62,732 nt of DNA from Perkinsus olseni (GCA_013115125.1 JABANN010000142.1:1-62732); one strand, 5' to 3'. Positions 30,540-45,239 are shown, counted from the first letter of the stretch. Numbers and translations are program-made. Notes: a model not told the origin generated them from the letters alone.

Positions 30540-33500
30540 TCAGAAGTAACTGTTGCTTTCCACCCAGGTATGCTTATCACGGATGGAGTCAATTTCCTCG
30601 TCAGAAAGCTCATCAGGGAGGGACTCCGCAGAGCCCGTCACCCTGGCCCAGACTCGGGAGCCCGTAGCGAACGCTGTCCGAGCAAAGTCGACCTGGACGT
30701 CAATAAATCGGCCACCATGGCTTAGAGCAGACTCACCATCTTCTGTTTGTCCTGTATTTCGGGATTGGTCTCTATGGTGTTGATCAGCCGAGGGCGGCGG
30801 TCGAAATCGAAGCGTCTCGACGAGATCTCAACCATATGTCGATTGAATTCATCAGCTGGCACAACGATAATTCAACCACGCCCATGAGTTCAAGAACCCG
30901 GGTATGAGACTCACCTTGCTTCTTCGGTGTCTCCTTGAGGTTGTCAACGACAGCTCGAGCGTAGTCGCGATACTCCTCATCGGTGAGCGAAGAGAGCTGA
31001 AAGGGAATGAGCGTATCCAGCTGAGACCTGTGAAAATCGTGAGAAGAATCAGATTTTAAAGATTGTTCTCGACCCATAGCAAAAGTTGCGAATCCCATGA
31101 GTAGCTCTGATATTCATAGGGGCAATCTGTCCTGTGACCACGATGAAAACTGGCTACAAAAGCACCCTCCTGAGCCCAAGCGAAAACTGCGACTCTAGCT
31201 GCCGGCAAGGCAGCAGACCACGGAAGTCATCGACCCCACGTCAGGACGCCAGCTATGTTGACTACTTCCATTGAACTTACCATTTCGGGAATATCGCGAA
31301 CGAACTCCTCGATGCGCTTCTGGACTCCCAGCACGCTAACCTCGGACTGGACCAAAAACAACATACTCACCTCGCGCTCGACGATGCGAAGAGAGGACTG
31401 GACGATGTAACTAAAGTAGACGATAAGGCAGATGGCCAGCATGCCCTAGCGACCGAAGAAAGTTGTGAGAATGGTGGGAGGACGGAGGAGTCGCTACCAA
31501 GAAATCACGAGACGTCATTCTCAGACGGATACTTGTAAGGATTGTGACTTTTCATGAGAAGTCCATATTAGCTTCCTCTGGAGCCGAGCGGGCTGGCAGA
31601 ACACAACAGCGCACTTAAACTTTGACCAATATGTGGTCAGCACATGCGATGCGAATGGTTCGGGACTTTTCTGGTGGATCTATAGTCCCATCAGAAGTGC
31701 ATTCTCGTAAGAAAGCTCTCAACGCCTTGAGCTCGGAGTCACTCACGAGAGTGCCACGACCTCTGCTGATCGTCACAAATGACGAATCACCGCTGTAACC
31801 GTCGGGAACAGAACGATGTTGGAAACGCATGATTTCAGCATACCGCAAGGTCACCTTGCCGAGGTGTGTTCTGCGACCTCAACAGCTTCCTGAGCCCACC
31901 CGCGACAAGATGGTGTACATAGCGCCCTGTAGCCAGGGACAGCTCCAAAAATCTCTCAAAATCGCCACGCAGAGTAGGAACCCTGCGAGAAGGGTAGTTG
32001 CACCCATACGCCAGAAAGAGTCTTGCCCACGGTCTTGTGTGCGGTGAGCGCGGCCGCCAGACTCAACGGGATTTTCTCTCGCGTGAAGACAACGGTACCC
32101 GTAACAAAAGTTCTGCCGCCATCGTCCCTTCTATTTATGAACTTAAATCTAGCATAGATTCATCTCTTTCCCCCAACCTCGTATACATCCAGAACACGCG
32201 TCCCTTCATCGCAATAAAACGCCCATTGGCAATGCATTCTGAACCCGACCCCTCTCCTGTGAGTCCCAGGCTGTGACGACTAGCGCTCTCTGGGTAGCTT
32301 CACGTTCACCCATTGTCGAGGGCCATGATCCGTCTCAATGCGGAAGAGGAGCAATGGCCAATCACGGAGGGTTCTTCTGCAGAACCTCATCGCCGCGGCA
32401 ACTGGTAGATGAAGATCCAACTTCCAGCCTCCGAGATCGAATAGTGAGAAAACCGTTGCAGATCCTCTCTCCGACTCGGGGACGCCGACGCGAACCCCTT
32501 ACAAATTCCCACAAGGGCGCAGGCATGCAACCTTCAAATGGGAAGGGAAAACCGGAGACGATTGGTGGCCGGTCATCAATGAGGGTCTAAATTGATCTTA
32601 CAATTATTCGATAGTAGACGCCAAATGAGCATGAGGGCAACCCACAGAGTGGGGCTGCGGCAAGTCGGCCAGTACTAGTACTGCGGTACCACCACTCGTC
32701 ACATGATATTTGAGAGTCGAGTATCCACCCATTCATAACTGCTGCTGCTCGGCATTTTACTACTGTTACAGCTGACGATCTACTGCATCCAAGCAAGCAG
32801 AAACAGCCGAGCCCATCACGGTGAAACGAAGCACTCAAATCACTAGAGGCTCACTGTAGAAGGATGAGATTCTCACCGACATACAAAATAGATAAATTTG
32901 CTCCCGACAAGCTGCGGAGACTGGGCAGTCATGTGCCATGATTCACACCAAAACTGTGTTGGCCAGCATTAAACGACCTGGAGTCACGCGAAGAGTTTAT
33001 GCGTCCACTTACCCCAGTTGTTGCTTGGTCCTCAACGAATCAAAGAACTTCTGACTGAGTATTTGGGATAAAACATTGCCGCGACAACTCAAAAGTATCT
33101 GAGAATAACAGGCCGAACTAGAACTGCTTTGATACGCCACAGATGTCATCTCCACCCCTCAGTGTGAAGTCGTCGTCACCGTCACATCTCGCCACCAAGA
33201 AATTTCCAATTAAAAAAACGAAAAAATTCCCGATTCCTCGATCCGTTCTGCAATACTCGCAAATCAGATGATCCCGAGCACGGAGTTCTGATTCCCTAAG
33301 GGTATTGAAAAGAATCGGCCATATCCCGCCACGAGATGCGGGCCGCTCTTTCTAGTGAGTCCAGTTGAGACCTACATCATCGGCATCTTCTTGGGGGCTC
33401 ATCGAACCCGGGGATTTCTGCCATCCCAAGTGAAGGCTCATCACAACAGCGCCATTGCGCTCATCCTTGTTTGCGCCTGAGGATGGAAAGCTGGTATGAC

Positions 33501-36500
33501 AGCAGAGAGATATGAACTGCATTCCAAGCCTGGTCTACTCCGATGTCGACCATCTACTCCAATAGTTCACAAGTCTAGCAGCACGGTGACAGCCCCCACT
33601 CGGTGTCACCCACCGAACGACGGCCGATCACCAGTGTGCATTAGCCTAAGGCCATTAGGTTGCTACTTCAATATAGAGCGCTATTTGAGAGCAGGTATTC
33701 ACTCGTAACACTCGAATTCTGACATGGGAGAGCTAATCCTACCTGGACGAGTGATGATGAATTCCTTATGACCATCGACGACAGTTCCATCCTCCACTTG
33801 GCTCAGGTCAGCGATCGCTCTGAAACCAAATATTCACCGAGAAACCTTCCTCACCGTGTAACCTCGCGCGCCCAGAAACTCATACCGTGATCTACACCCA
33901 CCTCCGCGTAATAGGCTGCTTCCCATCTCCAGCGACAGTGAACATGTCCGTGGCTTCCTTCACAATTGCGCGCGCCTCGTCCTCTCGGGTATTGCCCTGA
34001 AATCAAGCGCGAGCCGTAGCACCTCCAAATTCCGTCCGACCAGCAAGGATCACAGGTTGAGTATCATCACAGCTGGCAGATTTCAACACATTCAAACATC
34101 GGCTCAGTCCGGCTTAATCGTGCGTGAATATATCCGATCGGAGCAGTGAATACCCCATTCCTTCAAAACCACATCAGTTGCCTTCTCACCTCGATAAGTC
34201 CTTCAATGACGACACCCTCCGACAGCATCTGCTTGATAACACCATTCACGTCGGCGGTGGTGAACTCCGATGCAATATCGAGAGAAGTGGTAAGACGGTG
34301 GTAAGGACGCTGAGGGGACACAAATAATTTGCCAATGCCCATTACCGCCAAATTCAATCGATTGGAGGGTTCACGCAGGCACACCCATCTGATCAGTCCA
34401 ACGGTCACACTCCACACTGCTACGCTCATGCCCGACGATGAACCCTTCCGATCGAAGAAGATGCGGCTATCATGCGTGTTTGGAAGGCAGTGTTTCCCTC
34501 CATTCGTAAACAGAACGTCAATCATGTGTCCACCATCCTCTAGCTTTGACGCATCGTATACGACGAGATATATGAACGATACCCAAACGATGGGGTTATG
34601 AGTTGATTCGCGAACCTACCGCAGTGAGTGCTCTGATCAACTCTAATGCGTGCTGATAGGGAGGTCGCTGGTTTATGGTATTACGGAATCCTTGCAGGAG
34701 GCGATCTTTCACCTAAGGACCAAAGCAGTCAACCAACCGCTACCCATTCACCGAGTATTCCCACTCAAGCAGTGATGGCTACATGTTTGGCAGTTCTTTC
34801 TCAATGGGCGTCTACCTCGTCTTACCCGTCCAAAGACAGCCTCGTCGATTGGCTTGTCATCTCTGAGCCGATGACAGACTCTGTTCAGCAGCAACTCCAA
34901 CTTATCATCATATCCCGAAACCGATATGCGGAGACCCTCAGGATCGCCAACCAATCGATATCTGAGCACGTTGCGAAAAACCGATCACGTGATCGATTGG
35001 GATACGCTACTGAATTACACTAGTCCAGCACACTCCGCATCATAGGACATCTCATTGAGCTCCTCCGTGCGGCACAAAGCAGCGGCTGCGACCTGCAGTG
35101 CTCGACGTTGAGAATCCAACGCAAAAGGAGCGAAAAGTGCCTAAAATTTGGTACGAAATTTCCACACACGTGCGCACTTTAAGCCTTACAAGGGAGACGT
35201 TGGTCTTGGGGATATGGAAGCGACCATCCTGCTTGAAGAAAACTCTCACGTTAGAGCCACAACCCGGAAGAACGTCCGGTGCCGGCCAGAACTCTTTGGG
35301 GTACTCCTCTGAGAAGGGATGGACTTATGCACACTCTGATAGGCAGACGAAAAATCTATATTCCGCCAAATTGCTCAGCGGCTGAGTGTTCATTGCCGAG
35401 ATGATCACAACAAGTTTTCGTGAGAAAGGACTAACGAACCGGATAGTAAATTCCGGGAATTTAGACAGGTCCAAATCAAGACGAGATGGTGGCCAGAGAT
35501 GGCCCCTGGTAGATGATAGTGGGGAGGGCTCGGGGCCAACCCTATGGAAAGGTCGAATCAGAAGCAACTACAGTCAATCGTACCCGGCCAATCCAGTCCG
35601 GCCACCGACCCAGGCAACGCCTCACTTTCAAGCTTAACATCAAGTCTCTCAGCAATGAAGGGATTCCTCCTCGGTAGAGCCATACCATCCTCTGTAGCCC
35701 GCTGGACAGCAGCTGTGAGGTCTGCAATCAATGAGCATCTTACAATAGTGAAATACGAAGCATCGGGAACGACTGATCCTCAACCTCGTATTCCCGCAGG
35801 GAACCCGGCGGGCAAACGGAAAATGACATCGCGAAAATGAAAAAAAACGCAGAGCTTAGTCGCCCCGAAGTCCGATTGCGACAACGATCATATTGTAACC
35901 AGCCTACCACTTTCCGTAGAGGTCCAGCTCTGGAATATATCCTTCTTAACCTCATCGGAAGCAGTGCCATACGTCGTGCCGTACCTGAAGAGCAATTCTG
36001 AACTCTACACCTTTTTGCAAGAGCGGGGCAATTTTCATGACGATCTTCGACCATGAAAATTCACATTTTCGAATCGAAGCCTGTCTGAAAGATTACAGCA
36101 GCTTACATATCAAGGCGCTAACCTCGCCCAACTTGAAAACATTGTCGGTCAGCGACAAGCAAAAATAGAACCGCCCGATTGCGCTCAGAAGAACGAATCC
36201 GCCGATCGAGTCCGTCGAGGTTGCAGAAGACGGATGAACTCAACTGGCGAGCTACCGGAGCCTCGAATTCCGTGCAGCTACTCAGGAAACGCACCGGATA
36301 CTCACCACTTCTCATGCTGGTCGCAGAAGTCCTCAAATTCACGACCAACGATACGAAGGAACATGCTGAAAAGAGAAAACATGTGACCAACGTGATTGGA
36401 GAGGGCGCCAATGGACGACGATTTACACGCAGTTTTCTCATAGCCACTTCCCTCAGGCTCCCGCATCACGACACACAAATTCACTCCCGGTCACAAATAC

Positions 36501-39500
36501 ACTCGACCGAAGAGTCTAAGACAGTTCATTCCGCGAGTTTTCTTCTCTCGGATGGATTTTCGGACATCTTGAGATATCCAATCCTTGTAAACACAAGCCG
36601 AAGTTTCACCCTCGAGTCTCTCTATGGGTGTGCGAGCCTCCCTATTGAAGCTCTACCCGTCGGAAGCGCAGGTTCAATCCCGAGGCCCTTCATTTACTTT
36701 TTCGAATTTATCATATCCAAGTGTTCCTGAACTTCCTTCTTATCCCAGTGTTCGTCTAATAGCCCTCCACTGAAGACCTGAAATGCCGCGACCGCTGCGC
36801 CACAAAATCACCTTCACATCCTCGGTAACCGAGTAAAGTGTCTCAACTGAAGATCTCATTTGGAGCCTTTCGAATCTTACCATTTCAATCGGGTAGGGCT
36901 GGTGCATCGATATAGCGCTGTGCTGTACCGCCGTAGTCGGGTCCAGCAATGACTGGAACCTGAAGAGGATATGACCGACCCGACCGAGAAGAGTCGAAGA
37001 AGGCGACCGGGTTCATGACGGTCGTCTACTCGGATCGAAGCAAAACAGAAATGAGACACTCGAGCGACTCACACACTTAGACTTAGCAGAGAACGACGGT
37101 CAGGCAAGCCACCCGAAAGATTTGCACTCCTGAAGATAATTTTCCCCCAGCCTACCTGAATTGCATCTCCTCGACCATCCTCATCTCCTTCCACAAAGGT
37201 GGATAACCTTCCGGCCCCTCAGATGCCGCTTGTAACCGACACACTGCCGCATACCTGACCACCATCCAACCATCACTTCAAATCTACACACAAATAACGT
37301 CGCCGATATCTCCATAGTTTCCCTCTCGTCGTTTGCACCGGTGCCTTACCAGGCATCAGGGAACACGATTCAACTTAGGTCAATCGACATATCGTTCATC
37401 CCGAGGCCCCTTCTAACCGCGCTCGAGCTTAAACTTTCAATTTGCCCCGTGTGCTCATCACTTAAACTACGCATTCCTCGCCCAGTGACGATCGTAAAAA
37501 CTAAATCGGCACTGCAGGCGAGCATCGAATCACGCCAAAGTGCCCAATGCGACCTCTCAAGGGACGGGCGAGACTACTATAGAACAGATCCTCCCTCGCC
37601 GGAGGACTCACCGTGCAACGTTGTCGCTGATTTTTCGAATGACGTCCATCGGCATGGCCGCACTCTGGAAGGCCGAATTAGGAATCGCGATACTGATCCT
37701 GAAGAGATGGACAGTTACGATGAATCAAACTTCGCTCCGCCGGGTTACTTGAAAACGGATAGCCCCGCCGTATCATAAACTGCGCCGGCAGATAACCCCG
37801 TCGCGAGCCCTTGTGCTTTCAATGCGGACAACAATGAACCTTCACCTTCATGACCGAAGATGTGCGAAAGATACCTGGGCAGAGGAATCCGAAAATGAGC
37901 GGTATGGGAATCCTGCACGCATGCGCAAATCTCTTCGCTCACCTCGCCGGCTTGGTCTCCCACAGTGGAGATTGCGTCGGCATGAAAAAGGCGAAATCAA
38001 CTTGGCGAATCTCCTTGATAGGAACCACAAAAGAAACTAGGCCTGAGCGGGAAGGAGGGTATCTCAGCTTCACTCATGCAAGATGCAAAATAAGTTGGAG
38101 GCGCACCCACTCTCACCTCTCGCAGATGCCGCGACGTGATCCACATGCGTTATTCCGTTCGGCAAAGTCCTCTCAATCTCCTTCAAGAAAGAGGCATCGC
38201 CAAACTGCGCGTCGACGGGGATATACACGTCCTTGTTCTCCACGGGCGAAAATTTCTGAAATGCCGGACGTGCGGCACAGGTCTCATCCCACCCATTCTG
38301 GATACCTCCAGAACAGATTCCTGCAACTCATCGAGAGACTCAGTTCCAATGACGGCCAACTTCATGATGTTAGATGAGTACCTGAGATTGCGGGTGGTCA
38401 CGTCGACAAGACAAGACAATTGACAGCACCGCACGGCCGTTCGTACGCCATACTGCATGATGACAATGAGCTCTGGACGTGCGACTTCCTATACCCCTTT
38501 CCACTACCGGAAGGAATCGCAGTGCACTACAGGAGTGTGTTAGGACAGTGGCATCCTTGCCCAAGTACGAACAGCTGCCGCTGAAGCTCTGCCAGAAGCT
38601 TAGTAGTTTAGCTTCATAAACGGCTATCCCTCCATAACGAATAGAGAAATTTTCCCCACGACATATAGCGATCGATCATCTACGTCAACACAAGACTGGG
38701 AGAGCCGCAGTCGCTCCTAGCTGTCCTCCGACAATTCAATGGTGAAATGGATGACACTGGTATTCAAGGGCCAATTTCGTCCCGCGAGGCATCGAGTTCC
38801 GCCGACTCAGTAACATGCCAACCCAACGGTATTGCAGCTCATGATATAGAGCAACTGGTTCCAGACTGTCTGGATCAGACAAGGTGTCTGACATACCCGT
38901 CCCACTGAGTCGACCGAACGAGCAGAACCTCAATAGCCTCCACTATATCGCGCTTCTGGCCTACAAATATGATGCTATTCATCTCTCTCACTCGAGAGAT
39001 AATTACGTACAACTGAGACTTGAGCCAGAGCTTGTACGTAGCGTCGTGTACAGATATCTGAGTAGCTACCATCCCTAAGGTGTCGCCCATGATCTGATGG
39101 ATGGTAGAAGCTACGTAGTGTCTTATGGGATATTGTTCCCTTCTCACTAACATATTCCTCTGCAGTCGTTCGGGAATCGTGATAATTTAGGTTCACCTTG
39201 ATCGGGCAGGACAAAGATAGATGGATGTAGAGAAATCGGAGCGTCGCTGGTTCGTATATGATTGACAATTATATACGAACCAGCTGGCCAATCGCACACC
39301 CTGTTGAAGCGTAGAGATCGCTTCTACCTCATTCATATCAAGGTAGTACTTGAGAGACGAAGATGAACGATTTTGTTAACTCGTAGTTGAACCCAGCCTC
39401 GGCAAGCAAATTCCTGCTCTGTAGCAGAAATAAGCCGAGCCCACACTGTTGCCTAAGGCCTTGGCGTCCTTGGAAGCTTTGTCCAGTCTCAGCAGCTCGA

Positions 39501-42364
39501 TTAGGCGTCTGTAAACCACAGTTATCTTCGAAGACCAGCCTAAGGAGTGCGTTCTTGTAGGTAGCTGCGAGCCTCAATCCACACTAGTATAGGACACTCC
39601 CGAGAGCCTCTCGGCAAGAGGAACCACGAGACTATGTAGTCCCTGGTGGCATTTCAGCGTCTTGATGATACCAGTTCCCCGGGAGACTTTAACGAGTAGA
39701 ACTCCCTGGGAGACCACTTGGCACCATGCTAGAGTGCCTGCCGGCTGCGTTTCATTTGTGCTGATATTCGCTCCTTACGGATAACGCCCTTCAAGGCATT
39801 GTTAGAAGTTCGTGGTCCCCGGTACGGGCGAAAAGCACACACCCCAGATAATATCACCAGGAGGCATCACGCCGGCTTGAGGATACCACTCGGCAAGGAA
39901 GTTCATCACCTCGTACTCAACACGAGGGGAGGGACGAATTGAACCATAGGATAGAACTGCTCACGTTGAAGCTTTTTTTCTATCCAAGTGAGCAAGATCA
40001 AAGTGTAGAATCCGCTCGCAACTTCACGAGGCCAGCCCTGCGCATAACTGGCATTAATTCATTGATATAATTTTTGCCGGTAGCTGCCAAGACTTTGTCC
40101 GCCCCCGATGTTACCATTTATTATGGAAATTGAGCAGTGCCTCCCTGGGTATTTGCTTGAGGGTATCTTTATTACCGGTACCTGATGATAACCAATTAAA
40201 CAGCGACGTTCATGTGTCACCCGACACGTCGGAAGAGACGCGACTTAATTTTTTCCCTACCGAAGTGATAAGAAGGATGTTCCTTGTTAAAGACCAGTTC
40301 CCTTTCGAGCTGCATCATCCTCCACACATCAGCTTGTAGATTCTTGCTGTTCTCCGAATTAACAGCTTGCACCTGAAGAGAGCTGACACTGAAAATGTTC
40401 TCTCATAAAGACTTCCTCGGAGATGCTCGACACTGTCACCAATTTTGCAGTCATCATGTCCTTCAAACGGAGACCAATCTCCTCAACAAAGCGAGGTGTA
40501 GTGAACAGCCCGCTATCAAAACACTTTGCCAACCACTTTCTCACTATTTCGACTAAGAAAATACGGAAAGGATTCGAAACAATGCTTACGATATCAAACC
40601 TCCCTGAGTTGAAAAATGGCGGGAGTCAATTACCCTACCCACAAGCAGCGCCATGGCAAAGACCTCAGATCACCATAATCGATGACCCACATTTCGAAGT
40701 CTTCGACGCGAAGACACGGTTCCGAACATGGACCGGATTCTACCATACATCTCGAAACCGAAGAGAGGCCGCCTAAATTCTTTAGAAGGAGTCGTTCTAG
40801 AAATCGATCGATATTCCCGCTGGAAGGTCCTCCCAGAGCTATCTCCCGAGTCTCTTTACTTCTCGATCTGTGGCTGACTGTGTGAAGAGAGGCTCCTTGA
40901 AGAAGTAAGAAAAGCGGTCGAGAGCACCATCCAGCGCGCCCGAGTTCACCTGAAGCACGAGTGATCTCACGTTCTCAGGGATACCGAGCTGGTTAACTAC
41001 TGTGGTTTCAAACTACTCCGAGACACTTGAGGAAGAAGCCCTCAGGTTTCTTTGCCCGAGCTCTCAGATAATTTCATGAAAATGCTTCATACTTGCTAGA
41101 AGCGTATCACATTATGTGATACACAGATCCGGGGGTTGACTCGCGGTCACCACGGCGTGTCGCTCCCGGAAGGTGCCCCATACTACAGTGAAGAAGTAGA
41201 CAGTATTTGTGTCGCTGGTGAAAGCATTCGATCGGCCTCCATTCTGTGCGAGGTATTTGTTGTAAGAATCTTCTTCGGGGTATCTGCAGTGACGAAATCA
41301 CCATGCTGGATGAGGTCCAGTGGACGTATCTTCAGCTTAACCAGCGAAGATACTGAAGAGGTTGGTTGCAAGCCGCGAACACGAACTGTACCGAAAAGCC
41401 ATATCATGAGATCAATCGTGAAGTACACGGAATGGATCATTCCGAATGATTCCGCGCACTGTGCTGTCACCACCGTCAGTGGATAATCGGCATTCCCTCC
41501 TTACTTCTCCGTCCCCAAAAACAACATGTGCTCCAAAAAGTGTGCTATTCCCTGATACTGCGGCGGGTCGAACATAGACCCAACCCTGATACAAAAAGAC
41601 AGAGCCTCCCAATCCGGCAAAAGGGCCGCAGCAAATTAAATCTGGGTCGCCACTATCCTGAATGAGCCGTAGCAAAATCTCTACAAACAACAGCGACAGA
41701 GTTTTCCGCATTTCGTCGCTCGTATACCCCACTACCAAGGATACGAAGGAAGGGCGGGAAAGGATACGCGAAGAATACGGAAAAGACGCAGCACCTTCTC
41801 TTCCGAATTCCCGTAGTCTGAGCCCATTCCCCGCATGCTTGGCAAAACAATAACATCAGCACCGGCGGCGCTCCTCAGATCCTCATCAGAGATTTCCACG
41901 TAAAATCGCACAAACAACGATTTCAGTCGCTTCGTTATCACCATGACCCCTCTCCCCCATTACTTAACAGCCAGACAAGCTGCCGCCCTCTCCGTTTTCG
42001 GGTCATGTATCAACAGAGCCTAACAAACCGCTACTAACCGCAGCACGCGAACTGAAGTGTAATAGATCTTTTTTGGCAAGCGCAGGCTAACTAGGTCTTT
42101 CGGCTAAAAACCTACTAATTGAGTACTATGACCACACGGTGGGGTCCCCACCCTTACTACCTGCATTTTATTAGGCAGAGTTATCGCCCTATACTGCCTA
42201 TAATCAGTATCGGGTTTCTGTATGTCGTTAGCAGTCGCTATTATGGTAGCCATTCTCCTCTGTAATATGAGTGTAGAGTTCCTCAGAAGCGATGAAGGGG
42301 TTGAGATGAAAGATGCTGCGGGTAATACCAAATGTGATAATGCACCGCAAAACGCTCGGTGCAT
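30540..42364 (-). CDS. M16A insulinase/insulin-degrading-enzyme-like metalloprotease, many exons
   Basis: [33 protein letters not shown] (HxxEH), [37 protein letters not shown] and [15 protein letters not shown]. Possible transit peptide from ATG 42364 (alternative ATG 42253). Stop at 30540-30542. Confidence 0.92.
33393..33462 (-). pseudogene. Degenerate tRNA-like relic (TGG loop) inside the insulinase gene
   Basis: Minus strand TGGCGCTGTTGTGATGAGC...CTTGGGA...CCCGGGTTCGA at tRNA-like spacing; T stem and acceptor stem broken. Confidence 0.3.
38760..39330 (-). mobile_element. Decayed PIF1-type helicase fragment (Helitron-like) within intron 38382-40114
   Basis: [23 protein letters not shown]...QLYVIISRV corresponds to SF1B/PIF1 motifs V-VI; flanked by stops and frameshifts. 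Confidence 0.7.
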
Positions 42365-43082
42365 GGAAAAGAGAAACTGAAAGAACAACTAAGCCCACCT
42401 AGAGCAGTAGCAGCCACCCTAGTCCACTTTCATCACCCCTCCATCGCCCGACAGAAGTTTTGATTTGAAAAATCGAATCAACCGAACCAGAGGAAGTCCG
42501 ACATTTTGCTGATTTTGGTGTTCGCTCAAACTCGATTGAAGTACTCAGTACACAATATAAGAGGCAGATGAGAAAATTCTAATGAATTGAATCATGTGAG
42601 ATAGAATCATCATAATCACGGTGAAAAACCACTAACTTCACACGCACTGTTACTGCGTGGTCCGCGCAGCGTGGAGACACCTGTACTGGCTGAGGGCGGG
42701 AACAGCAGAAATTCACATAATGATCCGGAGTGACTGCCGAAAATCCCGGCCCAAAAGATACTACCACCAAGAGCGATCTCGCCAGGCCCTGCCGGCAACG
42801 AGCCGGCAATCCTTCTGTCGCCCGTCACAGACACATGCGTAGGCCACTACGCAATCATTGTCAACTCATTTCAATGGCCTGACGAGGGGCCGCCGCTCTA
42901 TCCGACGAAGTTCATCATCATTCAATCCGATTCAAGCAAACGATTCTCTTACAACTGAGGGGGGTGCCAGTCTACTTGAAGAGGACCTCAACCAAACATT
43001 GTTAGTCAGGCAGAGTCACATCATGATCACAGAGCATGTTACATCGAACAAGTAGGGAACGCGTGACTCGGGACCGGTGCGA

Positions 43083-44374
43083 TTAATCGTGTCCTGCACC
43101 TTCGACGCACCTCCGAAGCAAACGGGTCAGTCCAGAACGTCGTCTACCTGTCCGCCGGCAGCGCGGTACTTCCCACCCCTTCCCGAGCGCAGCACTCGAC
43201 ACCGGCGTTTGTGCCGTCGCGAGGCCGATAACGCCTGTGTCAAAATCGACATAGACATCGTACTCTTTGAAAAATCGCATACCCATGACGAACATGTCAG
43301 GATCGTCATCTGTACCTCTATCGCTCACTAAAATAGCACACCACCTCCCTCAGCATGCATACACGTGTCGGCTCAAATGGACCTCGAAAGTGGACTCTGC
43401 GCCAACTTGAATGACAATCACAGGGAGCCGTCCGATGACACTTTTGCGTACCCAAATATAACCATCCCAACCAATATACGCGTCCAGCCACCTAGTGAAG
43501 CAGAGGGTCCCTGGCAGCCACCCGACGCGGTGCTGGCCAAGTTCAGCTTCTAATGCTTCCAATATCGTCACGAATGACTCCGTGGGGAGAACAGTCTCAC
43601 AAGTACCGGTGTCAATGATGACCTTTAAATGCTTTCGCTTCTTCGAGAACTCTTGCACACGATCACTGGAACGCTTCACGAGGACCGCCGATGCACTGAT
43701 ACCAACCACTCTTTTCGCCCGCGAGAACTCACCGAGACGGAAGGTTGTCACATTTCCAATTTTTCCCGAATCCTCACCGAGCATCAGTTGGCCCGTCATC
43801 CACCCTAATGCCTCCGATACATGAACTGAGAAGGCAGCCTTGGAGATCACTCCAGCCTTTACGAGTTGCATAAGCAGAGATGGCTGCTCCATCTCCTGAC
43901 CAGGTGAAGGAAGGCTCAACGGTTGAGCCTCAACCCGAGCTGAGGGATCGGTTGCACACCGCGCTCAGCCCGAGTGCTCCCAACCATCAACCCAATTTGC
44001 AAGTTGGTGATCTCTCGCTCATCGCTGAGCTTCAAGGCGACTGGCCGATACACGAACCTCACGATATCCTCATCAGCGAAACCAAGCTCAACTAAGTTTT
44101 GTGTCAGTAAGCCTTTCAGGTCGCATGGGTCGGTTGGAGGGCAGAAGTAGCAACCCGAGGTGAGGTCTTTGCAGGAACCACGGCCGTAGAGACTTTCATA
44201 CCAACCACCGTATACTAGGTACGACTCTGAGCTTCCACTGTCGACGAAAAGATTCAACGGTTGATCATCGGATATCATTTCCACATAATTTTCCCTTATC
44301 GGGTATGATAGTGCCGCGGAGGTGAGACCTAGCTTCCACACCGCAGCAAGAGCAAGTATCGAGGCTCTCGACAT
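43083..44374 (-). pseudogene. Pepsin-like aspartyl protease, disrupted
   Basis: Signal peptide, VDSGS and IDTGT catalytic motifs, VMGMRFFKEYDVYVDF. A 14-nt insertion at about 43920 shifts the frame, and there is an in-frame TGA at 43350. Confidence 0.85.
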
Positions 44375-45239
44375 TCTCTGACTACTAACAAGTCGGGAAG
44401 GGCTTGCAGATGTGCGGTTTCACACTGGCAGAAGAGTCAACAGCCAGAGCGAGACGCGACACCGGGCACGTCTCATCATGAGACTCTCATGAGCGCGCGC
44501 CTAGGTACCACATTCGCAGAGCACTATTGCGTTGCGGCCCGTCAACAACAGCAATTCTCTCAGAAGTCCACGTTCAACCGACGTTGCATCCCGTCACGGC
44601 GTCCACGCGTACCTAATTTTGCCTTGAACAACGGGATTCGAAATCGCGATGATGATAAGATTCAGAAGATGATAGAAACCGAATAAGATTATCTCAGAAC
44701 CGGAAGAGTCTCTTCCGAAGAGAGAAGAAACTCACCTACGGTTCGTCGGTCAGTCCAAGACAAACAGTCCAGAGGTGCCGGTAGAGAGTCCCGTAGTGGG
44801 GCCTTCGAGGCCGAGAGTAACAAGGTTTCACAAGGGCGCGGAAGATACCTGAGAAGGGCGATACCAAGAAATTTCACTGCGAAATTATATTTGACGAGAG
44901 GTGAGAGCATATGAAGTTCGTAGTTTGAACTGGGCCCCTGAATCAGGAACCCTGGTAGAGCCACTAGAGCGTTACTTCGGCTGCCGAAGTAACGCCCTTA
45001 GTGGCCGAAGTTCGGCATAACGGCTGTGCAGCGTACCCGAGAACAACACAACACAAGCGCCACTCACCAATCATCATGAGTGAATTGAAGGCTTAAGATA
45101 TCGAAAATTATTGAAAGACATGCAGAGATTTATGCATCCTTCGGGAGCAACTCAGATATATCCGAGTTGAGCTGGCCGACGACGTCTAGGATCTCTCGAA
45201 CATCACCACGGTCAGACGAAAGGCAACCCTCGTTGTGTT

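Noticed and set aside
40090-40130. Apparent Walker A (NGNIGGGQS) for the helicase relic
   Set aside because: It straddles the insulinase exon/intron boundary (…FHNKW|GT); coincidental.
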